Source: Camelus ferus
Taxonomy: Eukaryota
NCBI RefSeq assembly: GCF_009834535.1
Contig: NC_045713.1
Location: 18,228,001-18,292,000, forward strand
DNA: 64,000 nt
Direction of reading: 5' to 3'
The position numbers and the translations under genes were made by a program. The notes under the pieces are model-generated. The model ran no database searches and was not told the origin of the DNA. It saw only the letters and a list, made by a program, of their open reading frames with translations. Positions 1 through 17,400 of this stretch are shown piece by piece; positions within the stretch are counted from its first letter, which is position 1; the number at the start of each line of letters is the position of its first letter.

Positions 1-3083
<3,083 letters not shown>

Positions 3084-3196
3084 TCTTCTGCTCCTTTGTC
3101 GGACTGGGGGGCCACTCGGGCTGCAGACCCGATAGATGGAGGCGACCCCAAAACGGGGCAAGAGGGGTGCGGGGAGGCAGGGGCTCTTCTCTGACT

Positions 3197-3256
3197 TCAG
3201 GGGCACGGGTCGGTCGAGGATGCTGACAAGCTCAGCCCCCAGGGAGCAGCTCCCAT
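3197..3256 (-). other. Upstream ORF (19 codons, [19 protein letters not shown]) at the very start of BCKDK exon 2
   Basis: The ATG is the first codon after the acceptor (ct at 3257-3258). The TGA is at 3197-3199, 113 nt before the main ATG at 3083. Confidence 0.8.
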
Positions 3257-3539
3257 CTACCAGGGCGGGGTAAGGAGGAGTTGTGAGGATCTGAATCTGC
3301 AGGATCTCTCCATGTGGGCACTGGTATCCTCAGACCTGGACAATCTCTGCCCACCCCTTCAACCACGTCCCCAAACACAGGCCAAGCCTGGACAACCTTG
3401 CTTTCCAGAGCTTTTATTCTTCAACCTGAAGCTCTATCCGGTAGTCTGGAGGATCGGGGATCCTTAGAACCAACCAGCCTAAAAACCTCGCCCCTGCTCC
3501 CTCTGGTCCCAAGCAACCCTCGTTCAGGGGGCGGGGCTG

Positions 3540-4000
3540 ACCCCTAATCCGGCGCCTTCAGACCCGGGCTGGAGCCTGGCCTGCGTACGTGCATCACACA
3601 GTTGTGCACCCGAAGTCGGCTGCGTGAAAGCAGGGGCTTGGGAGTCCCTGTCTGGGTCCCCTCCTCCGCGGGGTCACTTGGTTCTGCCCGGGTCCCCTCC
3701 ATATGGTAGATGCCAGTCCCCCCACCCCCACACCCGGTCCACGCGCGCTCCAGCGATCCAGCGCAAGGGCCGCAAGGGCAGAGGCTGCGGGCGAGAGCTG
3801 CGAAGCCTCTGCGGGAAGATCTGCGCGGGTCGCTCCACTTACCGCGGGGCCAGAGCCAGGGCCGGGGTCCGAGCGGAACGGCCCAACAGACTACGGGCCG
3901 GGCTAGCGGAGCCGCCTGCGCCCTAGGCGGCCGTGACGTCGCGTGGGCTATAGGAGCCCGGTGCCTCCTGGGAGTTGTAGTTCGGAACGAAGCACTAGTA
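3540..4000 (-). promoter_or_regulatory. BCKDK CpG-island promoter and non-coding exon 1 (donor GCG|GTAAGT; last exonic base 3843)
   Basis: CpG-dense. CRE-like gtgacgtc at 3933-3940. ZNF143/THAP11 motif ACTACAACTCCC on the minus strand at 3970-3981. Confidence 0.8.
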
Positions 4001-4426
4001 ACCCTGGCACCAGCCCACCTGGGCTATGACCCTGCTCCAGGAACCCCCCCCCCCCCCAAATAAATACCACAGCTCTCTCCACAGGGCTCCCGGAGTTATC
4101 TGGTCTCTCTGGGCCTCTGTCTTCTGCTCTATAAAATGGGCTCCCTGGGAAACAAATGGGAAAAGACCCTTAGATGCAAAGCGCACCTGGATTCCTCCTG
4201 AGGTCCAGTCCATTTCCTTCTAGCTCTTTGATTCATTTGCGGAAAACCAGACTGCCTGGTTCAAACCCCTGCTCAGCCACTTATTATCTGGGGCAAGTTA
4301 CTTAAACTGCTCAATACTTGAATTTCCGTATTGGTATAACGAGGATGTATCAAACTTGAGGTTGTGTGTTTACATGTGTTTATATATGTAGAATGCCTAG
4401 AATAGTGCCAGGCATGAAATTAACAC

Positions 4427-4506
<80 letters not shown>

Positions 4507-4507
4507 T
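4427..4507. repeat. (ATT)n microsatellite, about 26-27 perfect units
   Basis: Directly visible trinucleotide tract. Confidence 0.98.
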
Positions 4508-5054
4508 CATTCATTCTGGCAACAAACACTGATTAGGTGACTTTTCTATGTTAGGAGAAGAGATTGGGTGTTGAATTAAGCAAATAGACCCTGCCCTGTC
4601 CCAAAGAGGAAGACAAATTCTGTGTCATCAGTCATGCTAAGAGCAGCACAGGAGGCCATGGAAGCATCAGTTGGGGACTGGGACATTGGTACAGATGCAG
4701 CATGAGTAGGAAGGACATGGCAGGACAGAGAAGAGCCTGGAACCATGTGGAGTCTGGGAGGAGAAAGACTGAATGGAGTGACCAGAACCAGGTCTTGAAC
4801 AGTAAGGAATCACATTTGTCCTGAGGGATTAAGAAGCCACTGAAGGGTTTTGACTGGATAGATCTGCTCCTTAGACAGAACACTCTGGCTGTAGGGATTG
4901 GATCAATGAGACCAAATATAGAGAGATCAGTGAAAAGACTTTTTCCAAGCAGGAGATGATGAGAGAGAGACTTTTCAGGGGGTGTGTGTATGTGTGTGTG
5001 TATATGGACTGACTGGGTTTTTCTTTACCATGGTTATGTGTTTTCTAAGTATCT

Positions 5055-5220
5055 TTTTTTAAATTGAAGTATAATCGATTTACAGTGTTACATTAATTTG
5101 TGGTGTACAACAAAGTGATTCATTTATACATACATATCTATGTATATACTTTTTCATATTCTTCTTCATTATAGGCCATTGTAAGGTATTGAATATAGTT
5201 CCTTGTGCTATATAAATATC
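5055..5220 (-). mobile_element. L1 3'-end fragment
   Basis: T-run followed by aattgaagtataatcgatttacagtgtt...gtacaacaaagtgattca, typical of an inverted L1 3' UTR. Confidence 0.7.
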
Positions 5221-5499
5221 TTTAAATTTTAAAATAAAGGGGTAAGTGAAGCAGGCGGTATCTCTGGAGCCCAAAGTGATCTTTAAACTTCAGCAGAATT
5301 AGAACCTTCACCACTAGCTAGCCTGCCTGAGGAATTGGGGGAAAGTCTGCATAGATTATCAGGAAGGGGATCCCTGAGTGTCTTGATTTTCTCTTTGCAT
5401 ACCATTCCCACCCTTTTCCCCCCACATCCTGGCAATATCCTGGAGTGAAGTTGGGAGGCCACTCTGCTCTGGAGGCGGCTGGGAGGCAGGCAGGGCTTG

Positions 5500-5780
5500 A
5501 AGCAGCGGAAGAAGGAAGTGGGGCGGGTGCTCCCGGTGGGGATGCCAGCGTGCGCAGAGAAGCAAAGGAGTGCTTGCAGCGTCCCAGGACTCTAACGCCC
5601 ACGTGGCCGCGGTGTGGCGGGGAGTGCGGGAGACCGCGGCTGTGGCTGCCACAGAGGCGGCAGGCATCCAGCAAGGGCCTCACCCCATTCGACCCTGCGC
5701 GCTGGACAAGTACCAGACGGGGACTCGCTGCTGCCCCCCGGCGGTGAAGATTAGACATGCACTCCACGAGTCCACCTCCA
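5500..5780 (-). promoter_or_regulatory. Small CpG-rich patch; candidate distal BCKDK first exon (donor GGG|GTGAGG; last exonic base 5684)
   Basis: Local CpG enrichment, ETS ggaagtg at 5514-5520, GC box at 5520-5527, and a minus-strand donor at 5678-5683. Confidence 0.45.
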
Positions 5781-6987
5781 GAACACTCACCGTTGATCAG
5801 GCACTCTTGTTACAGGTATTCATTCCATCTTCATAACAACCCTCTGAGAGACGTACTATTATTATCTTTATTTCACAGATGAGGGGATAGAGGCCCAGAA
5901 AGATTTAACGACTCATCCACCTCTTTCCTTTCCGTCCTTACCCCCCATACTCCTGGCTCCAACCACACTGGCCCCACTGTTGTTCCCTAAACATAGCAGA
6001 CACATTCCACCTCAAGGCCTCTCACTGGCTGTTCCCTCTGCCTGAAACACCCTTCCCCTAGATTTCCACATAGCTTACTCCCTCACTTCCTCTAAGCTTT
6101 TATCCAAATGTCAGCTGAATAAGCCCAACCTGATCATCCTATTTAAAATTTGCAATCACCTCCATTCCCCTCACTCTGTTTTACCCTTTATCTGTAGCAG
6201 TTATCACTAGCAATGTACTATATACTTTTTGTATTTATTATATTAACTGCTCTTTTTTTTTTCCTAAAATGAAAGACAAGAGTATGAATATCTGTCTGCT
6301 TTACCAATTAATCCTGAGTTTCTAACACAATCCCTGGAACATAACAGGTGCTCAATAAACATTTGTTAAACAAATGAAAGAAATTTGGGGCTTTTTCCTC
6401 TGAGCTATTGAAATGGGATGCTATTGAAAGGCAGAGTGACAATACTACATCTTTACATTTTTAAAGGAGCATTTCAATTGTTGTATGGAGAATGTATCTT
6501 GAGGTGAGGGACAAATATATCTGAAAGACCAGTGAAGAGGCCACTGCCTTTATCTAGGTGGGAAGTGATGATGGTGACCAGGGTAGTGGTCTGCATAGAT
6601 TACAAGGAGTAAGAGAGTAGTCCAGGAACAGTGACTTGGGTGGATTGGGGTGGGGGGACTTGGTTAAAATGGGAAACCCCAGAGAAGGAACGGGGTTGGG
6701 GAAGGTAAGGAGTTCAGTTTTGGGTGCATTGTATCCCATCTGATTGGTCTGTGAGACATTCAGGTGGTGACGTTTAAGAGATGTTTCTACCATCGGGTTT
6801 GGAGCCCAGGAGAGACATCTGGGCTCAGGTCAGAGCTCAGAAGCTGTGACCTGTAGGGAGTAAGAGAAGACATGGGAGGAAATAATGTTGCCTCATGTGG
6901 CAGTCTGTATTTTCCAAAGATGCTCCACCTCACATGAACATCTTAGAATATGACTTTGCTGCTTCTTGCATCAAGAGGTGGAGTTCT

Positions 6988-7102
6988 GAATGAATGTATG
7001 TGTGTTCATGTAGAACTGAAAAATTGTGCTTTACACTGGAAACTGACACAACATTGTAAAATGACTGTAACTCAATAAAAAAATGTTAAAAAAAAAAAAA
7101 AA
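6988..7102 (+). mobile_element. Heavily 5'-truncated young L1 insertion (about 115 bp) with poly-A tail
   Basis: Ends caataaaaaaatgtt-A(n). 15-bp TSD aagaggtggagttct (6973-6987) / aagaagtggagttct (7103-7117). Confidence 0.8.
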
Positions 7103-8326
7103 AAGAAGTGGAGTTCTCTGTTCCTTTGCATTGCAACTAAGCAGACTTGTGATTACAGTGGAGGGACTACTATATGATAACTTCTGAAGCTGGATCATAA
7201 AAGCTTCCACTTGGCTCCCTAGAGCATTTTTACTGGGGCCCTGAGCTGCCAGGTAAGTAATCTGACTGCCCTATATTAATCATCTATTGTTGTGTGGCAA
7301 ATTACCCTAAAAATACAGCAGTTCAAAACAATAAACATTATCTCACACAATTTCTTTGGATCAGGAATCTGGGAGCAGCCGAGCAAGGTGTTTCTGGTTC
7401 AGGGTCTCTTATGATGTTGCAGTCAAGATGGTGCCAGAAACTACCTGAAGCCTCAACTGATGTGAGAGAATCCACTTCCAGGGTGGTTCTCTCATATGCC
7501 CAGCAAGTTAGTGCTGTCTGTTGACCGGAGGCCTCACTTTCTCACTAAGTGGACCTCTCCCTAGGGCTGCTTGAGTGTCCTAATGACATGGCAACTGGCT
7601 TCACCCAGAGGGAGTGATCTATGAGGGAGCAAGATGGAAGTCACAATATCTTAATGACTTAGCCTCCAAAGTCACAAACCATCATTTCTTATTATCCTAT
7701 TGGGTCAGGTCAGTCCTATTTAGTATGGGAATAAACTACACAATGGTATGGAGGTGAAAATCATTGAGGACAATTTTGGAAACTGCGTGTTGTAGCCTGG
7801 GAGGGTGCCATGCTATGAGGAAACCCAAACTAGCCTCTATCAGGATAGAGAGGCTACATGGATTCACGAATAGCCCTGAGACCCCCAAGGAGAGAGATGC
7901 CAGGTTATCAGTCTCCCATTGTTTCAGCATTAGCCATCATCTGACTGCAGTGATATGAGCCAGAACTACCCAGCCAAAATGCTTGTCCCAAATTTCTAAT
8001 CCATAAAAACTGTGAGAGAAAAGAAAATAATTGTTTTTGTTTTAAGCCATTATGTTTGTGGTTATTTGCCAAACACTAATAAATCCTCAATGATTCCCAC
8101 CTCTTGGTGGGCTGTATCACTCTGAAGCCTCTTCCCACATTGAACAGGGCTGACCCAACCCAATAGGGTAATAAGAAGTGACAGTGTAACTTTTGAGGCT
8201 AAATCATAAAGACACTGTGGTTTCCAACTTGCTCCCTCTGAGATCACTCATTCTGGGGAAGTCAGCCATAGATAAAAGCAACATTCCAGGAGACTGTGGG
8301 AAGAGGTAAGAAACTAGCCTAAGTCC

Positions 8327-8533
8327 NNNNNNNNNNNNNNNNNNNNNNNNNNNNNNNNNNNNNNNNNNNNNNNNNNNNNNNNNNNNNNNNNNNNNNNNNN
8401 NNNNNNNNNNNNNNNNNNNNNNNNNNNNNNNNNNNNNNNNNNNNNNNNNNNNNNNNNNNNNNNNNNNNNNNNNNNNNNNNNNNNNNNNNNNNNNNNNNNN
8501 NNNNNNNNNNNNNNNNNNNNNNNNNNNNNNNNN
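8327..8533. other. N run (207 nt; gap or mask)
   Basis: Directly visible. Confidence 0.99.
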
Positions 8534-8735
8534 ACCTACATTCCTTAGCTCATCACCCCCTTCCTCCATCTTCAAAGCCAGCAGGCATTGAATCTCTCAG
8601 TGATTTTTTTCTGTAGTCACACCTCCCTCTGACCCTTCTGCTGCCCTTTTCATTTTTAAAGAATCTTGTAATTACATTGTTTTAAACTCAGCAAATTAGT
8701 AACCTTAATTCCATCTGCAAACTTAATTCCCATTT

Positions 8736-8863
8736 TTTCCCCATCTTTTTTTGGGGGGGGGGATTAGGTTTATTTATTTATTTTTAGAGGAGGTAGTGGG
8801 GTTTGAACCGAGAACCTCATGCATGCTAGGCATGTGTTTTACCACTTGAATATATCCTCCTCC
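8736..8863 (-). mobile_element. tRNA-derived camelid-type SINE (Vic-1-like)
   Basis: The minus strand reads gggaggaggatatattcaagtggtaaaacacatgcctagcatgcatgaggttctcggttcaaacccc, followed by an (AAAT)n/C-run/A tail. 14-bp TSD cttaattcccattt at 8722-8735 and 8864-8877. Confidence 0.85.
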
Positions 8864-9136
8864 CTTAATTCCCATTTGCCATGTAACATGTTCACAGGCC
8901 CCAGGAATTAGGACACAGACATCTTTGGGGACCATTATTCCACTGACCACCCTGTCTGGAAGAAGAGGAGTGGGTGTGAGGAGCAGCCAGAGAGGGAGGA
9001 GGGCCAGCAGGAGAGTGAAATATCACAGAATCCAGAAGAAGAGAGAATTCCCAGGAATGAGTGGCCAACAGTGACTAATACTGTTAATAAAAGCATGATT
9101 AGAACTGAAAAATATCCACTGAATTTAGCATCCTAG

Positions 9137-9732
9137 TGACACTGAGACAGGAGGGAAGGGGGCAGGGTGCAACCATTAAAGGAATGGCACAGCAATTGAA
9201 GATTTGGCTTCCAGTAGAACTTGAGGTTCATTATACACTCATTGTAATACATTAGCATGTTAATGGCACTCCCACAGGCGCCATGACAGTTCGGAGGTCC
9301 ATAAAAGGTCAAAAAGTGGGTGGTGGCGCAGTTCCTGGCAATCCCATCCCCTTCCCCAAAGTAGTTGGAATAATCCTCCCACTTGTTAGCATATGAAGTT
9401 ACCAAGCCCATAAAAACTAACAACCCCGCACCTCCTCTCTCACTCTTACCTTCTGAGATAGCCTGCACGCTGTCTATGGAGTATCTACTTTTACTTCTAC
9501 TTTTACTTTAAACTTAACATCCCTCCACGCTTCATGGCCTCTTTGGCCTTCTGAGACAGCCTACATTCTGTCTATGGAGTGTGCATCTTTCTAAATAAAT
9601 CAACTTTTACCCAACTATGGCTCGCTCTTGAATTCCTTCCTGCGTGAAGCCAAGGACCCTCATTTGGCAGGGAGCATCCCAGAAACCTGGGACATGACCA
9701 TCCTCTAGTGCCCCATTTTCCCTATATTAACA
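9137..9732 (+). mobile_element. Solo ERV1-class LTR (MER41/MER39-like appearance)
   Basis: TG...CA ends with a near-TSD ctag/ccag. Internal 33-bp duplication at 9450-9482 / 9548-9580. AATAAA at 9594-9599. U5-like gaattccttcctgcgtgaagccaaggaccc. Confidence 0.7.
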
Positions 9733-10399
9733 CCAGCTATTAGTTGTCAGGAGAGTACTAGGGGGCAGGAGCTAGTTTATGGTGTGCTGGGCAGCAAGGA
9801 AGTGAGGAAGTAAAGGATGGGAGCGTTAAATTTTCCTCCCAAAACTTGAATGTGAAAGGGTATTTGTGGCAGCTTCCAAAATGGGGAAAAGTTTCGATGC
9901 AGATGAGAAGGAAGGAAAGGTATGGGTGAGATGGGTCATCAATAGATGCGATGTCTGTGAAGGGGAGAGTTCAGCTAGCTCACGGAAGGCTTGGAAAGAG
10001 GGACAGTTGGGTTGACCAGGGCTCAGGTTTTGCCAGGCGCCACTTCACTGGAACACAGGTTATGATACCCTCAAGGTATGGCCACGGTGATGGAGCTGGG
10101 AATGCAGGGGAGAAACAGAGAGAGAGAGAGATCGGCCAGCAGGAGGCGCTGATGTGGCAGGAGGGAAAGGCTGAGCAAGCTAGGCTGATTGGAGGTTATA
10201 GCCGTAGTAGTGTCTGATAATAATTTCAGGGGAAATGCTAGGTTCTTGATGCGATTACAGTATTCGCTAAATTCCCTGATCCGCTGGTCTCTAGGTCCTG
10301 ATGTTCCAAAGTCAGAACAAGGCTTGGCATAGAACAGCGTTATATCCTGTTACTCTGAGATTAATATAGTTTTTAAAACTCCAGAAACTCCATTACCCT

Positions 10400-12415
<2,016 letters not shown>

Positions 12416-13208
12416 GCCCTCACCCCAAGCCAGGCTGATCTCATTTGCTCTGCTTTGGCATGTGACCTTTGCCCAAGGGGGCCAGGTCTGGGTCCTTAGA
12501 AGAGTCTGCACCCTGCCCTCACCATATTCCCCCACAGGACAATGGACCAATCATGCCACACTCTTTCCTCCATGTTAGTGCCTTTGGCTCTGTCCCCAAG
12601 GGCTGATTTCTAAAGCTCCTGCTGTTGCCCAAGGAGGGAAGTTTCAGAACAATAAAATTTCTTAATTAATCAAGTCTGAGCCATCTGTTGGCCAGGGACC
12701 TTAGCGTTGGGCCTTCTCCAGTCTTTCCTCCTCTGGGACCAGACCAGAAAATACGAGTCAGAGGGAGAGGAGGGCCCACCTGGGAAGGATGGTTAGTCCC
12801 TTCTCCAGGATGTGGAGTCAGCAAGACCTGGGGTGCCATCAGCCCCCACCCCCAGGAAACAGGCTGGCAGCTTGTCCTTGCTGCCTACAGAAGCCAGGCC
12901 TCGTCTTCTGGGAGGGCCAAGCGTGCATTTGCAAGGGTGAGCTGCGCTTCTGATTCTGTGCATGCTTGCTGGGAAATTTTTCCTATAGTCTAAATTTAAT
13001 CCCTCCAGCTGCCTTATTTGCCACCTCAAGCCAGTCTTGATGGCCCTAGAGGGCCAGGAGCAGGTTGTGAGTGTTTTGTTTTGTTTTGTTTTGTTTTTCC
13101 AAATGTGTACTAAGCACTCATCCACATGTGAAGCATTGTTTAATAACATGATATGTGTCGACTCATTCAATCCTTATAGCAACGGAATGAGGTAGGTATT
13201 ATTATTAA

Positions 13209-13555
13209 AGTCACCCCTTGGTATCCACAGGGGACTGGTTCCAGGACCTACCCACTCCCTAAACCAAAATCCAAGGATGCTCAAGTCCCTTATAGAAAAT
13301 GACATGGAATTTGCATATACCCTGCACACATCCTCCCATATACTTCAAGTTATACTTTAAAGTCATCTCTAGATTACTTACATCTAATACAATGTGAATA
13401 GTTGTAAATACAATGTAAATGCTATGTAACTAGTTGCTGGCATGCAGCAAACTCAAGTTTTGCTTTTTGGAACTTTCTGGATTTTTTTTTTTTTTGATCT
13501 GTGTTTGGTTGAATCCGCCACAGATGCAGAACCTGTGGATACAGAGGACCGACTG
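13209..13555. mobile_element. MER2-like TcMar-Tigger MITE, apparently inserted in a MIR
   Basis: Ends gtcaccccttggtatccacagggga...gtggatacagaggaccgactg-TA; MIR-like sequence on both sides. Confidence 0.75.
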
Positions 13556-14429
13556 TATCCCTATCTTGATGAGGAGACTGAGGTACAGAGAGGCTAAGTA
13601 ACTTGCCTAAGATCACACAGCTTGTTTTGGGGAGGGGGTTAGGGAGCCCTCAGGACTTGAATCCATCAGGGCCATCTGGCTTCAGTATCTGTACTCTTAA
13701 TTGGAGCCACAGCTGCCTCTGGGTTGGGGTCAGGGTTCCTGAACAGTCTGGGCTGTCCCAAGTTAGAAGCCAGGAAGGGAGAAAGGGTGCGCCAAGTGTT
13801 CTTCCCTCCTAATTGAGTCTTCCAGCACCTATGAGGTGTAACCCTGTCTCCCGGGAAGGTGACAGAGAGGCATTGAGATTTGCTGGTGTCATACCTAGCA
13901 GGAAACAGCCTTGGCACCTCGATATAGCCCTGCACACCCTGCCTCTGAAGCAACGTAGCAGGGGAAGGTATGCAAAATCCAGTTGGACCCAGGCCTGGGA
14001 GAGAGGCAGGGAAGCAGAAATGAAAAGTGAGAACTGGGAGGGTCCTTCACCTGTTCCTGGGGAACAGCTTCCATGCTGGGAGCAAGTTTACTCTGCCAGG
14101 CTTCGGTCTAAACATCTTTATGTTCAACAATTCTGAGTTTTTCAGATAAGGCACAGGCAGGTTAGCTGTCCAAGGTCACTCAAGTAGTCAGTGGGGGACC
14201 TGGGATTTGAACCCAGTCTGGGCATGGCAGAGGCTCAGGGAGAGGTGGTGAAGAGCCCAGGGTCACAACCACAGCCCCAGAGCTAGGAACTGCTGGCTCC
14301 CTTCCAGCCCAAGAAAAGCAATGACACCTGAGTCGTAGCAAGTTGGGGGTGGAGCAAAGGTGGAGCTAGGAAGACCCAGGTGGCTTCTCCAGGAACCAGA
14401 GCACAGGCGGCAGAGTGCCCTGGAGCAGC

Positions 14430-17400
14430 ATGAAGCAGAGCTGGGGACCAAGGCTGCTCATCCTGGGAATGGTGGTCCTCGTAGAGGGTGAGTCACCCGT
14501 ATCTGGGTGGGTGGGAAGTGGTATGGGGTTCACAAGCCATCCTCTGCCCCAGCAGCCCCTGCAGGTGTGTGAAGGGAGCCTGCCTGTGGGGTGACAGTTT
14601 GGCACATAACTGTGTCTGGCTGTGCATGGGGAGGTGTATATGGCCACCTGTGTCCAAAGGGGTGTGACTTCCTTGAGCTGGATTACAGTCTACATGTGCG
14701 GGAACTGTCATTACGCCTGTGTGCACCCTGTGCCCCCGTCTACCTCTCTACTTCCAGAATGGCATTAGGCAAGTTCTGGGGCCCTTTGGCCTCAGTCTCC
14801 CTGTCTTTACCTACTACCCACCTCTCCTGGCTCAGATGTTCAATGGGCATGTTTGTGTGTGTCTGTGATGGGGAAAAGGCAGGGCAGGGAACCCTTTGGT
14901 AGAGTCTCTGGCAGATTCTGGAAAGGTGGGGGAGTCTGAGTTGTCAGAACAGGGGTGGGGTGAGTCTCAATCTCTCGGCGCCCTCCCCAACTTGGACATG
15001 ACGCAGGCCTCTAATCCTTCCTCTTAGGCCTCCACAGCCAAGGGCACAATTAAGCTAATGCTCTCCACATGCACAGGTTGCCTCCCTGACTCAGCAGCAG
15101 GGGCAGGAGTTGGGGGTTCTGAAGCCTGGAGGAGGGCTGGCCTTGCCCCAAGATGAACCCCAGGCCCTGCCCCTCGGGCCCAAGAGTGCTGAGCACAGCG
15201 AAGAGAGAACTAATTACTGAGTGTACACTCTGAATAGGTTCCAATAAAAACTGTTTCTTGATCTCATATAAATATTTTCATTCTGGGAGGGGCTGGTGAG
15301 GTAGCCCCAGAGTCATAGGCAAGGACCCAGGCAAGTCCCCCAAACCTGTCCCCTCCACCAAGGCTGGGCCAGGCAGGTGAGGCTCCCTCCCCCAAGTCTC
15401 ACCTGTGTCGCTCTCTCCCCAGGTCTTCTAGCAGCTCAGCGTGGTAAGCTCTGGGGCCATGGGGCCTGGGTCATACTCGGGTCTGGGTTGGGCCTGGGGT
15501 GAGGGCAGAACAGGGGCCTGCTGTCAGCCTGACCTACACCTCTCCACAGCATGCGGGCAGCGTGGCCCCGGCCCCCCCGAGCCTCAGGAGGGCAACACGG
15601 TGGCTGGCGAGTGGCCGTGGCAGGCCAGTGTGAGGCAGCAGGGGGTCCACATTTGCAGCGGCTCCCTGGTGGCGGACACCTGGGTCCTAACTGCAGCCCA
15701 CTGCTTTGAAAAGTGAGTCATGGCTGCGGTCAAACAGGGTTTCTGGCTTTCAGGGTGGGTGATTTGTCCCCAAACCCCACAAGACTGAGCCCTGCCCCTA
15801 GAATAAAGAAGTACCATTTATTAAAAACACGCTGTGTGCTAGGTACATACTATCAACAACTATTAACAACCTTTTTGGTAGAAGCCTTACAAATGAGAAA
15901 ACAGGTTGGGAGAAGGGTAGACTTTGCTTAAAGCCACAGGTTTTGGCCCTTCTTTCACCTACTTTGTGCTGCCTCCCATGGTGTCCCCCTTTGCACTCAA
16001 TGCCTGGGTCTTGTCCCTCCCCTTCCAGGGCGGCAGTGACTGAACTGAACTCCTGGTCAGTTGTTCTGGGATCTCTGCAGCGTGAGGGGCTAAGCCCAGG
16101 GGCTGAGGAGGTGGGGGTGACTGCTCTGCAGCTGCCCAGGGCCTATAACCACTATAGCCAGGGCTCAGACCTGGCCCTGTTACAGCTTGCCCACCCCGTG
16201 GCCCACACACCCATCTGCTTGCCCCAACCTGCCCATCGCTTCCCCTTTGGGACCTCCTGCTGGGCAACTGGCTGGGATCAGGACACCAATGATGGTAAGT
16301 GCTGGCCCAGACTACAGCCCAGAGAGGAACTTGCCCAGGGTCACACAGCTTCAGCTGCCAAATGTCCCTGTTCCCTGTCTCCCTTGCTCCACAGAGCCCT
16401 CTCTGGTCCCAACCCCTTCTCTTTTGCCAGCTCCCAGGACCCTACGGAATCTGCACCTGCGTCTAATCAGCCGCCCTACGTGTAACTGTCTCTACAATCG
16501 GCTGCACCAGCGGCTGCTGGCCAGCCCGGCCCGGTCTGGGATGCTGTGTGGGGGTCCCCAGCCCGGGGTGCAGGGGCCCTGTCAGGTCTGAGGAGGATGA
16601 CAGGGGACAAGAAGGGGAGGGAGCCTAGCCTCAATCCACAGGGACGGGTGGGAGGACCGCAGGTAGAGGGTGTCCACCCAGGGTGGGTGCTCAGGTGTCT
16701 GCCCTTGACAACACTGCCTGGCTCCAGGGAGATTCCGGGGGCCCAGTGCTGTGCCGCGAACCTGATGGACACTGGATTCAAGCTGGGATCATCAGTTTCG
16801 CATCAAGCTGTGCCCAGGAAGACACTCCTGTGCTGCTGACCAACACGGCTACTCACAGCTCCTGGCTGCAGGCTCGAGCTCAGGGGGCAGCCTTCCTAGC
16901 TCAGGACCCTGAGACCCCGGAGATCAGTGATGAGGACAGCTGTGTAGGTATGAGCAGCAGGTGTTAGGAATGGGACATGTGGGGACCTTCCCCAGGCCTG
17001 CATGAGGACTTCCGGGCAGTGAGTGGAAGCCACAGTGGAACAAATTTCAGCTCAGAATAGAGAACTGGTACAGGGTGTCTACACACTGCCAGGGGCTAAT
17101 GAAGAGGCTTTTAAGGCCCCTTTCCACCCCTAGGATGGGAAGAGCCCCGTTGAGGCTAAGAGGCATAGACGCCTTGGAACTTTATCCACTTGTAGTTTGG
17201 GTAAGGAGGGATTTCTGAGATCTGATTGATGGTTTAGGGGTAAGCTACATATTTCCAAGCAGGGACTCAGCAAGATTGGACAGGGTAGGGCTCCTGCTCA
17301 GTCGGGCATTAATTTTGGCATTAAGTGACTAACATGCAAATTGCATGTAAAGTAATTCCCAGGAAGGAAGCTCTGTCTTGATGGTAAGAGAAGCACTAAT

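Larger units (their letters stand above)
6890..8700. mobile_element. Cluster of old MaLR (MLT1-type) LTR fragments
   Basis: Characteristic MLT motifs such as ggcaaattaccctaaaaatacagcagttcaaaacaataaacattatctcacacaatt and ttaagccattatgtttgtggttatttg. Confidence 0.65.

Noticed and set aside
5570-5836. Plus-strand ORF containing PCALDKYQTGTRCCP, superficially like a TNFR cysteine-rich repeat
   Set aside because: Non-ATG start, no signal peptide, no continuation of the cysteine pattern, and it runs into MIR-like sequence. Probably coincidence.
8736-8863. tRNA-like A/B-box sequence here and at 43701 and 59751
   Set aside because: The TSDs and A-rich tails show these are SINEs, not tRNA genes.
9048-9057. 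TTCCCAGGAA STAT-like site near the ERV LTR
   Set aside because: It is an N4-spaced motif lying outside the LTR. A single short match is expected by chance.
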